From Bugula neritina (lineage: Eukaryota > Animalia > Bryozoa), in contig OZ037769.1 in NCBI GenBank assembly GCA_964035545.1, forward strand, positions 8,599,929 through 8,663,928: DNA of 64,000 bases, given 5' to 3'. Every line of letters starts with the position of its first letter. The stretch's first letter is position 1. The notes beneath the pieces were generated by a model. That model was not told the DNA's origin. It did no database searches and saw only the letters and a program-made list of their open reading frames with translations. This document shows positions 1-11,126 of the stretch, one piece after another. The position numbers were made by a program, and so were the translations under genes.

Positions 1-921
1 CTGACTTTTTTCGGATACTGGACAAAGCTACTGGTGAGTGTTATAGTGGATTGTCTAATTCCATTATTTTAAAGCTTTTCTGCCACTTTTCAGTATTTTG
101 TATCAATTGATAGTCTGAACCTTGGTTGCTGTAAATATGCTTCCTACTATATAGAGAAACATATATATTTCTCTCAGGCTAGATTATCAAAGATTCTTGC
201 AAAATAACTGCTTTGCTAATATATCAGTAAACTATATTGTGTAATGTCAAAAAATTCCTTTTTATATATATCATAGTAACAGCACTGGGTTTTTACTCCT
301 TGCTTATGACAACCGGTTGTTAAATTTAATGAGTACCTATAATAATCATGGTATGTATCGTGAGGCTAAAAATAGTTTGCAATATCAATTTTATTATTAA
401 GTTGCTGCTGAGTAGAAATAATATAATGTTTATCTATATATAAAATATGTTCAAGTTCTAATAAAAATTTCTGTTATTATTAAAATTAAAGTTTCAAGTG
501 CTACTTTTTCTGTACTGACCAAAATTAGGTATTTGAGTTTATATTAATTAAATCGTAGTTTCCCCGATTATTGTGGTATCATTTTGATCTGATTTTTAAG
601 ACTGTTTGTCAAAACCTAAGTAATATGCTGCTTTAAATATTTATATAAATAAGTAATGAACACATTACTATAAAAAAAATTATTAAACAAAATTTGGGAT
701 CAGCTTTCTATCTCATCGATTTGCCATTTTTGTCAACTTTTTGTTATACTGTTATAGGTCAGTTGAAGCAAAACGTGAATCACTCAAGACTCAAAAAGTT
801 GACTATCACTAAAAACAAGTGTGACATGTTTATTGGAGACAATGCATTATGGGTAGCAATAGGCACAAGTTTGCCCGGACTTCTTAGGTTCCAGATTCAA
901 AGGCAACAAGTTAAAACCTAA
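1..921 (+). CDS. Last two coding exons (<1-33, 758-921) of an unidentified gene; possibly a beta-propeller/NHL-like C-terminus
   Basis: Donor G|GTGAGT at 33/34 and acceptor TATAG|G at 757/758 join in phase 1, giving DFFRILDKATGQLKQNVNHSRLKKLTITKNKCDMFIGDNALWVAIGTSLPGLLRFQIQRQQVKT*. AATAAA at 997-1002. The family assignment is only a guess. Confidence 0.55.
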
Positions 922-2718
922 GCAAGCTGATCACGAAACCTCATTTTACCTGGCATTTTATTTATATAATTTGCATTTACTTTACAGCTTGAGAAAAATA
1001 AATATTTCCCCCCCCCCTGCAATGTTTTTATTTAAATTTACTAACTAGCGCTTTCGTACATACCTAACTTTGATGACACTCTTTGTTTACTATGCAAGAA
1101 CAATAATCACAATTTTCTGATAATTATGTTGTCTAAAGACCTGTTTATTTTGTTTTCTAGTTTTTGTTTTCTTATGAAGATTCTTTTATATTACACACAC
1201 ACACGCACGCACGCACACTTAAAATTATTTAACTTTTAAATGTTATAAAAAAATTTTATAAAGCATTATTTGTAAAATATATATAAATGTTATTAAGACA
1301 TTATGTATTTACAAAAGATTTATGCTAGGTAATTTTGTCATTCAATATTTTTGCTCTACCGTTAATAGTGCTTACAGAGCTTTTGTCATAAATAAGTTTT
1401 TTACAAATTTTTTTTAAAGAAATTGTGATGTTTGTACTTCTCTACAAAAATAATGTTAGCAAAATGTTTATGTAATTAAACATTTCAGTATTTCTTCCAG
1501 GGACTAGCAATCCTGTTTGCTTACCATCTTGGCAAAAGCAGACTCCTGATTGGCCAATAAACGTTTTGGGGTGTCAAATTCTAGCACCTGTACAAAGGTA
1601 TCAAAACATCAGTTTTTGTAAATTTGAAAAGCATGCAGAAAAGTTTTACACAGCAGAATGCATCATTGATGTAGGCTATAGCTTTTTGACTGTTATAAAC
1701 ACAAGTATAACAGAACACCGCAAAAGACAACATAAAAAAATAACAATCATTTTGTTTCATATGATGGCTCTTTAAAGTTTTAAACACATACTTTACAGGA
1801 TATTTTTTAATTTTTAATAGCTTGTTTTGATTTCTGGTGTTCTGCAATACTTGAAAATGTTTACCAATGTTGCCGGATATAATTGTTCCGAAATTATAAC
1901 TGGAAAAGAGGATAATATATATTAACAGCAAAGTAGAACTTACCTCCCCTTTGTCCAGCACTAGAATTCTATAGTAGTTGATTACAGTGTTGCGTCTATA
2001 TATATATGAGCTATAGTCAGCACTGTACAGTCAGCAAACACTTATTTTATTGTCTTTTGTATCAAAGAGTCTGTTTCTGTATCTATTGCTGTATGAAAAT
2101 TGATATCAAAGAGATACATATATATGACAGAATAATCTTATTGCACAAATCTTTACTAGTTTATGTTAAAAGTTACATGACAGTCAAACAACTTATAGTC
2201 AAAAGCGACATGCAATGAGTAGAAGAGAATAAACTGTACTAAATTGAGAAAGGTTAAATGAGAATTGTAATAGGGAAAGAATGTGAAGTTCACAGTTCAT
2301 ATTGCAATACTATATATGTGAGTAATATGACCTAGATAGGTGCATTGCATGCTACATGGAGAAGGCTATGATGGTGTACGTGTACCTGCAGTATCTTCAT
2401 CCAGCACTAAGACTTTATTATTTCTCACAAGTGCTCTGGCCATACACAGTAGTTGTCTTTCCCCAACAGATAAGTTTTCTCCAATGTCTAACACAAGAGC
2501 TTTTAACTGTCCATCTAATGCTAATACGGTCTGTATAACGTGACATTTTTCTACCGCATGCCATAATTCATAGTCACTGTGGTGATTAAAGTGATCGAGG
2601 TTGTACCTGCATGGAGCAAACGAAAAAAGAATAAAAATGATACATATAAATGTCGATAATGAATATGCTTTTAATATAACATATATGATATTTTGTAATT
2701 TCCACTTTCCTGTTTAAA

Positions 2719-2855
2719 GTGACCATGGTCTAGGGATTAGAGCGTTTGCCTAGTAACACGAAGTCATGGGGTTGAGCCCAGACAAAGGCCATTGGTGATG
2801 TTAAGAAGAGCATCCAGTCATAATTGCTCCTGTGCCTCATTTAAATAAGTCCTTA
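2719..2855 (+). mobile_element. tRNA-derived SINE, copy A, 5' part (3' part resumes at 6270-6350)
   Basis: A-box-like TGGTCTAGGGATTAG and B-box-like GGGGTTGAGCCC. Aligns colinearly with the intact copy at 6551-6768 once the Academ element is removed. Confidence 0.75.
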
Positions 2856-5800
2856 TAGTCTGGCAGAACTGGGGGTTAGGTTCGCAATCTCGGATAAAGG
2901 TTTTTTCTCTTTTGATTATTTATCTTGAGGGTCCAGGTAGATGTTTCCAGGTGAGTGTGGACCTGCCACCTTTGAGCATTTCGAGAAATCCAAGATGGCC
3001 GCCAATTATGAAAAAATCGTAATCTAGTCGGCATAAAGTCTATATTATGTTGCAAAAACAAAATTTTTTTGATGATTAAAATAGATATATGCATTTTTAG
3101 AATGAATATGTGCCATGCCAGTAAAAAGGAATCAAAGTAAAAAACCAAGAGACATGTTTCTCAGCTCAAAAATCGGAATTGCTTCAATGAAACATCACAT
3201 ATGGTGCAGAGAAATGATACAAGGTTTTTGAATAACTGTTTAGACACTGGACAGATATATAAAGAAAAACATTGCTTATTGCCAGTGAATAGAAAGTGAA
3301 AAAAAGATACAGATGCAGCATATTGCTCAGCTAAAGTTAAAATTGAACATATATATAATCGTACAAATGCGACAAACTTTCACTCATGTTCATATTAAAC
3401 ACCTTTTTCATTTTTTTCTATCATTAGCATTTGTTAGAAATGTTAGTTCATTGCAGCACACTCCTGTTATACTGCTTCACAAGGGCAGAACTCTGTGCAT
3501 AGGATAGATGTACTAGAATAGCCATATCGTGTTGTTTTGCATGATTGTTGGCTTCCACAGGAGCATTTAATGAATTTGGGCCATTTTACTTTATTTAGTA
3601 CACGTCAGCAGATTATGATTAAACATTTTAAAGTTTGCTCAAAATTCATGAAAACTTACTATATGGGGTAATAGAATTTGCTGATTCTATCTATGCATAA
3701 CAAAAATGACTGGGAAGAAGTCCTGCAACATTTAAGGGCAGCGTCATTGTCATACGAGCTAAATATGCATTTGTGAATCATCACGGCCTATATAATATCC
3801 CAATGTAATAATAAATTAGGAACAGACATAGAAAATCATGCATAATTGGAAAAGCCTTAATTAATCAGTTTTATTTGTTAAAATTTTAATAGTTTGAGGC
3901 AAAAATCTATATACAATAGCAGCTAAATTGTAAAAACTCGCCAAAAGCTAGAGTCGTCGAGTGTACACCAAATTAACTAACATAATCCACTTCATAATAC
4001 TGTCTGGTGTAAGCACAACATCATTTCCTACTCCTTTTGGGAAAAGAGATTCTATTAGATTTTCTATCACCTACCAATTTTCTAGTGGGTTTAATGCCGC
4101 AGTTTCATATGGCTACCTGGGGGTGTGCTCTGGTGACATTGTCCAATAGCTTCATCTGTAGGAGGCAAAGTACATAAGTTAAAGGCACATCGCAAATAGC
4201 ATTGCTGACCTTGGTTTCCCAAGCCTTTTGTCTTGTAGATGTCATGGAGGAGCACTTTGCATAATTGTAGCAACATAGCATAAACTTGGTAGCTTGTATG
4301 AATAGTCATCCTGAAAAAAAGCACTAGTGTCACAAAATCACACTTTCCTTCTACCAAGACATTTAGTATGACTCCCTTTCCGATATTTTACAGTGTTGCT
4401 CCTGAGGGGCCATGGGAAGGCAGCAAATTGTTCATTATAGGGCTTTGTCTCAAACTTTCTCACCCAGTACGCTGTGGTCCAGGATGAGTAGCGGTTTTGC
4501 AGGGCACCAAGTGCTATCAGAGAGTGTCATCTGATTCTATTGTCAACATCTTCATCTGAGAAGCCACATTTCAGTATGCCATCCTTCACTGTATCCATTA
4601 ACCTTTTTTTGCCCACCCCCTTCTCTTTCTCTTTCTCTGTATCTTCATCTCAGCCACCATTATAATATCTTCCTCCGTATCTCTTCTGCGCACATGTCCA
4701 TACCATTGAAGAGGTCTCCTCCTCATGTCTATTGCGATAGCTTCTATTTTGGCCTCCTCCTTTATATTATCATTTGTTACATGGTCTTCCCAATTCATAT
4801 TGTAAATGTTTCGAAGCATCCTCATCTCAGTTGCACTTATCTGCTTCAATATTGACAAGAGCAACTGGGTGGCATCATTCTTTGAGTGGGTCATTGCAGA
4901 GTTCAATCTTCCGTTTGATAGACTCCCTGTCCTTTGAATCAGATTGGATTCTTGATTGCATCTCATCCTTATGAGCAGTAAAAGCATTTATTTCAGACTC
5001 ATCCCTGATGTCACTGCAGCCATACTGTATCTTGTTGCATGCAGAAGTGCTGTACACCCACACCTTGAGAGTTTCAGATTTAGTAGTGATGCCAATGATT
5101 TCCCCTCGCTGTGACCAAATCTCACGAAGGTCACCTCAATGGTCATGTCCGACCAGATGCCGTCGAGGTGGCAGCGTTTATGATGCATGGTGTGGTTACC
5201 AGCCGCGAATCCAATCCTTACATCTTGTGTCATGACCTCCATGCTATGCAGATAGTGCATTTCCTCTTCCATGTCTAGGTGTAAAGCCCAGTCTCCTTCT
5301 CTAACAGCTATGATGTGGGTGTTGATGGTAAAAATTGATCCAATAAAGCACATGACCCACAGTTTTGCTGTTCTTGAGCTCAATCTCTACAATCTCAATC
5401 AACATCTTTTCAAAGTCCTTTATGCTAGTTATTACACTTTCTTCTAGACTAGCTTTAACAGTTCTCTCATCAATATTCTCAGACCTCGTAAATTCTGGGG
5501 AAACTTCTTCTATTTAGCACTTTGGAGAAACCACCAAAAGTAGAATTAACTACTTCTACCAAATCACTTTCAGCTATTAGTGTTCCAGTGCACCCAACAT
5601 AAGTCATTAAAGGCGGAGAAATTAATAGTAAACATTAATGAAAGGGGATTGGTATGAAAAAGGTAGGGAACTACTGTTCTAATAGTTGTATTACTTCCCC
5701 CAGCATGAAATACATTCTCATTCATAAAAAAACTGTTTAAAAATGCTTTTAGAGGAAAAGTGAAATGTGCTGATTGTAGAATTAGTTTTCGAAAGCAAAA

Positions 5801-6266
5801 ATGTCAATATATTTGTAATCAGCATATAAAATCACATCATATAGTAAATTTTCATGAAGTTAGAACAAACTGATGCAAAGATGCAAGGAAATTATAAACA
5901 CGGCAAGGCTAGGTTAAACTTGAAAAAATGAATGATTAAGGCTTAGCTTAGTTACCCTTGGGTATCATTTGCCTATTACTCAATAATACATATGATAAAG
6001 GCACATGCATCTTTATTATATTAATTTCTAAAGATTTCAAAGCATTGGAACCTTAAATTTGCCCCCAATGGGTAGGTACATTTGAATTAGAAAAAACGTT
6101 TGGTGCCTGGCGGCCATCTTGAATTTCTCGAAATGCTCAAGGGTAAGAAGTCCACACCCACCTGGAAACATTTACCTAGACCCTATATTTGAATAATCAG
6201 AAGAGAAAAAAACTTTATCCGGGATTGCGAACCTAAGTCAAAAATTGGCATTTTTCTGCCAGACTA
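2856..6266 (-). mobile_element. Academ-superfamily DNA transposon, decayed
   Basis: Termini TAGTCTGGCAGAA...TTCTGCCAGACTA with about 150-bp imperfect TIRs and a 3-bp TSD TTA (2853-2855, 6267-6269). Broken transposase segments SRTAKLW..REGDWALHL..GIWSDMTIEVTFVRFGHS, HKDEMQSRIQSD..DPL and LPPTDEA, which I recognise as Academ-type. Confidence 0.8.
4445..4847 (-). mobile_element. 5'-truncated RTE-clade LINE fragment inserted into the Academ transposase
   Basis: ISATEMRMLRNI..WEDHVTNDNIKEEAKIEAI..MRRRPLQWYGHVRRRD..RKRKRRG is a typical RTE ORF C-terminus, followed by a putative 3' UTR. Boundaries are approximate. Confidence 0.8.
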
Positions 6267-6269
6267 TTA

Positions 6270-6350
6270 GCCCATTTAACAAAAACCCTTCCCAACAGGG
6301 GTTTCTCGATCTCAGGGATAGTGACTATAAACTTGTGGGAGCTTTTTTAT
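6270..6350 (+). mobile_element. SINE copy A, 3' part
   Basis: GCCCATTTAACAAAAACCC...GACTATAAACTTGTGGGAGCTTTT matches GCCAGATTTAACAGAAACC...AACTATAAACTTGTGTGAACTTTT of copy B. Confidence 0.75.
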
Positions 6351-6550
6351 GATATCCATTATTACCTTACAGTACCAGCAAATAGCAAAGGATCCTGAGG
6401 TATAATAGACAACTTTGATCTGAGATCTTTTAATCCTATTGTACTGATATCAATATCATCTATGCATACATGTCCTCCATCTAACTCCATGACTCTGAAC
6501 AGCGCCAACGCTTGGGAAGATTTTCCTAAATATAACATTTCATTGTTAAA

Positions 6551-6768
6551 GGGAGCAGTCGTGGTCTAAGGGTTGGAGAGTTTGCTCCGTAAACACATAA
6601 GTCATGAGTTTGAGCCCCATCAATGTCATTAGTGATGTTAGAAAGAGCATCCAATCATAATTGCTCTTGTACTTCATCTAAGTATGTCCTTGGCCAGATT
6701 TAACAGAAACCTTTTTATTAGAGTTTTTTTCATAGGGATGGCAACTATAAACTTGTGTGAACTTTTAT
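6551..6768 (+). mobile_element. tRNA-derived SINE, intact copy B
   Basis: GGGAGCAGTCGTGGTCTAAGGGTT head (A box) and GAGTTTGAGCCCC (B box); body shared with copy A. Confidence 0.75.
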
Positions 6769-8559
6769 AACATTTTATTATTAGGGTACACCAATATTGG
6801 CTGCTATAAGTAATAATTTAAAAATATTTTCTTGAATTTACCATGAGTAAGCGTGAATAGTATGAATAAATAATATATAATGAGGGGATAACTCTACAAA
6901 ACACCACAATAATAATGTATTGAGAGATGTCCCATATACATCTCATGGAATTAAATAATTTTATATGCCATTTCTTATGAAGAAGGGTATTCGTTTAGTT
7001 ACAACATATTTGCTTTAGTCATTAATGTGGATGTGAATTATTGTAGAATTAATAATAATTCTAATTAACTTGTAGTCCATTTTATTTGCTGATTTCATAT
7101 TTACAGTTTTAGAAAGGGTTGGCTACAGTATAAATGCGCGGGTTCTTTTCTAGTTTACATTCTTTCAATATTACAATTCTATGCATTATTTTATGGACTA
7201 CTGTTTGCATTTTAGACTCATTTATTATTGCATGACAATTGACAATTCTATAGGTTCAATCACATTGCTCATCTTAAAGTGATCCACATTTAGTATACTA
7301 TAGTGCCTAAAAGGCAAATATACTTAATCAAAGACTACCACTTGCTACCTGTCAGAAAAGGGTATTTATTGCTGCACAAAAATTGTTCATGCAAAATAAC
7401 CTAAATTTCACAAAAGATGCTAATTGGGGGCTAGACAGCAGTCTGATACATCAAAAAATGTTGAAACTAAGGTTATATGCAACGGAAAATATGTATTTTC
7501 CGAATATTTTACAGGCGGTAGTTTTATCGACTTCTCTCTTTAGCAGTGTAATTCGTCACAGGCATGCAATAAAAATTCTCAAATTATTTTCAGATATGTG
7601 TGCGCAAAATTTATTATGAAACAAAATTGTCTTGACCTGAAACCCTAAAAGGGTGTTGAAATAATAGCTAAGATATAGATGAATATTTTCATACTATATA
7701 TAAGTAAAGTATGTCAGGGATTCTTTAAGTTGCATGTATAGTATTTGTCAAGTTATGTAATTCTTCACACTTATGTCTTTTATTTCACTCATAAAGTTAT
7801 TTCACTAAGTAAACGCTATCTATACTCAATACTCTACGTGGTGGGCAGTTATTAGCATTCAGTCTTAAATACAAATTAGTAAATAGCACAAATTCACAAC
7901 ACCTACGTACTGTATGTATGCTTGCATTTTAAGATTTAAATTAAGTAATAAAGATGAAGCTGTTTAAATCTGATGTGTAAACCAAATATAACTTCTATTA
8001 AGACAAATTTTCTTAGACATTAGTTATATTTATATATTATCAGAACAAAATTGCTGTGCATTAGTTATATCTGAGCAAAATTGCTGTCAAGAGGGAAAAG
8101 TAACTCCATCAATTAATGCTTAAGAGCGCTACTTGCGGAGCAGTAGTTAAATAATATTTTAATGGGTTCTTGTCGCTTCGTCCACGCACTGCTGTACACA
8201 AAATGAATAATGAATTAATTTCAAATAAAAAATAAATGCAGAAAAATATGTATTTTAGTTTATTTCTATTGATGTGTACGAAACGACCTGAAAAAATGGG
8301 TACCAAACGACTTGTGTACAAAATGGCCTACGCCCAATTTAGTTTTATGTATGACATTTATTTAAAATAATAATTTTTTTTTATTAATTATTTATTAAAA
8401 AATGTAACAATTTAATTTGTGTATAATCATGTAGATAGTCAATCATCGTAACTTTGTTATTTTTGCGTAACATTGCAATTGACACCCAGGCCGGAAGCCT
8501 ATGAACTAAGAAAGCTGTAATAATAAAGTCGAAAACTTGAAAATTAGCTTTGCCTTATT

Positions 8560-10200
8560 CATTATGATTGTTGTAATCATATTCATTATGATAATTAACT
8601 TTATTAGTATTGCTAGTAGTAGTAGTATACCAGGTTTAAGTTTATTTGTCATCCAAAATTAATATGCAAACTTCAATGCGCTCATACATACTAATACTAA
8701 TAGTCATACTCATACTATTACTATTAGACTTAGTATTACTATACTCGATAGTATTACTATTAGATTTAGTATTACTAAAAAGTAAAAGTATTAGTAATAC
8801 TAATAGAGTAATACTAATAGTGATATACTTAATATTATGCTTACACTTTGACTTACACTTACATTGAATCACTTGAATGTGGTATTGATAGTTGACTGAT
8901 ACTGCTAGTCTCAGTCTGATACTCATTAGACTTGGTCATTATGATTATCGATTATAATTATGAATTTTAATAATTCAATTGCAACGTTAATTAATAAATA
9001 TCAACATGAGTATGAAATTGAATGTTCATAGTGATAGTCGAACTCTAAGGCTCTAAGCCATACACCATCAGTATCTTTGTGATATTGATATTCATGTATT
9101 TATATTAATTTTAAATACTTTTTTTAATTATTCATAATGATAAAGTAATACAAATTGAGATACTCATAGTGATAGTCAATGTCATACTGATGCTGATAGT
9201 AAATGTAATACCAATCCAATAGTAGCGCTAATACTATGACTATAGTCACTAGTGATAGTCCTAACTCACAAGTCATGCCAATGTGTTATTCCAGATCGGC
9301 GATTAAACTCCAGTTGACGACCCCAAATACACTTATAGACTTTAGTTATACATGGCTGCAGTTAGAGGCCTGTGCACGTGAACTTATATATTTTGGCTTG
9401 ATCGTTACAAGCTTCATCGGCTTCATTCAATTTTATGTAGTATGTCAGTCTGATGCCAACTGTAATGGGTAGACTTTATGTGATAATAATTGATCATTTT
9501 AGGTAATAAGAATCACAATCACAATGTACTTGGTTTTCTTTTTAGTGTGAACGTGGCTTCAAAACTCTATAAAAAATAGAAAGTGGCTTAAAAATTTACA
9601 ATTATTAAATTAATGTTTATTACTTATAAGGCCAAAGTAAATACAACTCAGTATTAAAGACCATTATTATTAAATTCCTGATTCTTTTTAATAAAGTCGT
9701 CTGAATAGAAGTTGTGCAGTTGGGCTAAGTGAAGTATATTGATGGCCGTCTAACTGGAAGTCATCTATCTGGCCTGAAAATCATGTCAATGCCCAATGCA
9801 TCAAAGCTCGATAATTCCGTTTCACTCAGACTCATAGCCATGCCCCTTGCGATTGTCAAGTTATGTTAGCACTTTGACTTTCACTTTGAAATTTTGTTGA
9901 CGTTGAACCTAAATAGTAAATACTAATAATATAATAAATATTGTAATTATAATTATAACTGGTGAAAAACTGAAACTGAAACACTATTTAAATTTATAAT
10001 TTTGATACTACAAGTATAACTAACTAAAGTGCTAGGAGTGCTAATTGCTATTAGACTACTATTAGTTTCAGCATTATACTTACTATTAGTATTATAGCTT
10101 ATCAATATGTGGCATATGGGAATTATAGTTAGATATTAATTTAATAATAAATAATGAATATCAATACACACATTCATATGATATGTATGTGAATAGTCAA
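8560..10200. repeat. Degenerate 6-bp-periodic low-complexity tract (strongest 8680-9270)
   Basis: Reads as CTAATA CTAATA GTCATA CTCATA CTATTA CTATTA GACTTA GTATTA. ORFs across it translate as alternating dipeptides. Confidence 0.7.
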
Positions 10201-11126
10201 ATTTTGTTATTTTTGTGTAACATTGCAATTTACTACTGCAATTTTACTAATTAATTCTTCTGATGTATCATGGTCATGGCTATACCTTGTAGCCCCAGAT
10301 GCTAATTCAACATCACTACTTGCTGTTTCTAGTTGGTTTTCAGTGTGCTCTAATAATTTTTTCGAGTCAGACATACAGTTGCAATTTTACTTACTAACTA
10401 GATAAACTAATTGGTACTGTACGATATATAATATATTGATATTTGTATTATTCAAGTGCCAGGTCTAAATCATCACAATAATCAGTTGTCACTTGTTAGC
10501 ATTATGCCCTGCTGCTGCCACAACTGCTGCTATATTTGCTGCCCATGCAAAGTTTAATGTCTCTATCTCTTCAGTCGTTTTAGTTTGTCAGACTTTGGTC
10601 CAGTGAAACCAAAAATAAAGATGTGTTTTGTCCTTACATTTGCAATGTCAAGACTTGAACCAAAAGTTATATTGAATATCGTTATTTGTAACTAAACGTT
10701 TTAATATTATTTCCATTTTGTATTAGTTATCAAACTTTCTATTAAAACTGCAAGTGTCATTTCAAGTAAAAATATTCCAATGATATTGAATTTTATTTGA
10801 CTTACCTATGTCACCCTTATAGCGACTTAACAGCAATATAAATACTAGGCTCTTAAGTATATCTTTATTCAGTAATAAAATCATTTATATCTATACTAAA
10901 TGTAATTGGTTTTATGTACAGTTTTCATATCTAATTTGGTGATTTTGTTAGTTAGTATTAGCCACAGAGATTGAACCTTAAAAAGTGAGAAACTCCATTG
11001 TTTTCAAGTATTTATGTAGATAAATACGTTGGTTTTTACCTATGGAGTATCCAAATAGTAAAATTGGTCATTGTAAATGTCTGTTATAACAATGCTGACT
11101 TGCCATTGTTTCTTTAAGATTACCAA

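Larger units (their letters stand above)
1944..6525 (-). pseudogene. ABCC/MRP (ABCC5-like) transporter NBD2 fragment, intron-containing pseudogene
   Basis: Exons 6366-6525 ([54 protein letters not shown]), 2386-2606 (YNLDHF...[32 protein letters not shown]) and 1944-2088 (AIDTETDSLIQKTIK*VFADCTVLTIAH/RRNTVINYYRILVLDKGE), with consistent splice phases. In-frame TAA at 2042-2044 and an 8-nt ATATATAT insertion after the H-loop His. No upstream exons recognised. Confidence 0.9.

Noticed and set aside
6551-6620. tRNA gene
   Set aside because: A/B boxes are present but I see no cloverleaf, and the sequence continues into a body shared with another copy, so it is a SINE head.
8642-8926. Hydrophobic ORFs on both strands resembling membrane proteins
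   Set aside because: Alternating dipeptides are a by-product of 6-bp periodicity; no homology recognised.
9963-9982. ISRE-like GAAACTGAAAC
   Set aside because: Lies inside the period-6 tract where such repeats arise by chance, and is far from the IFI27-like gene. The CAAACTGAAATT near 32049 is too weak to call.
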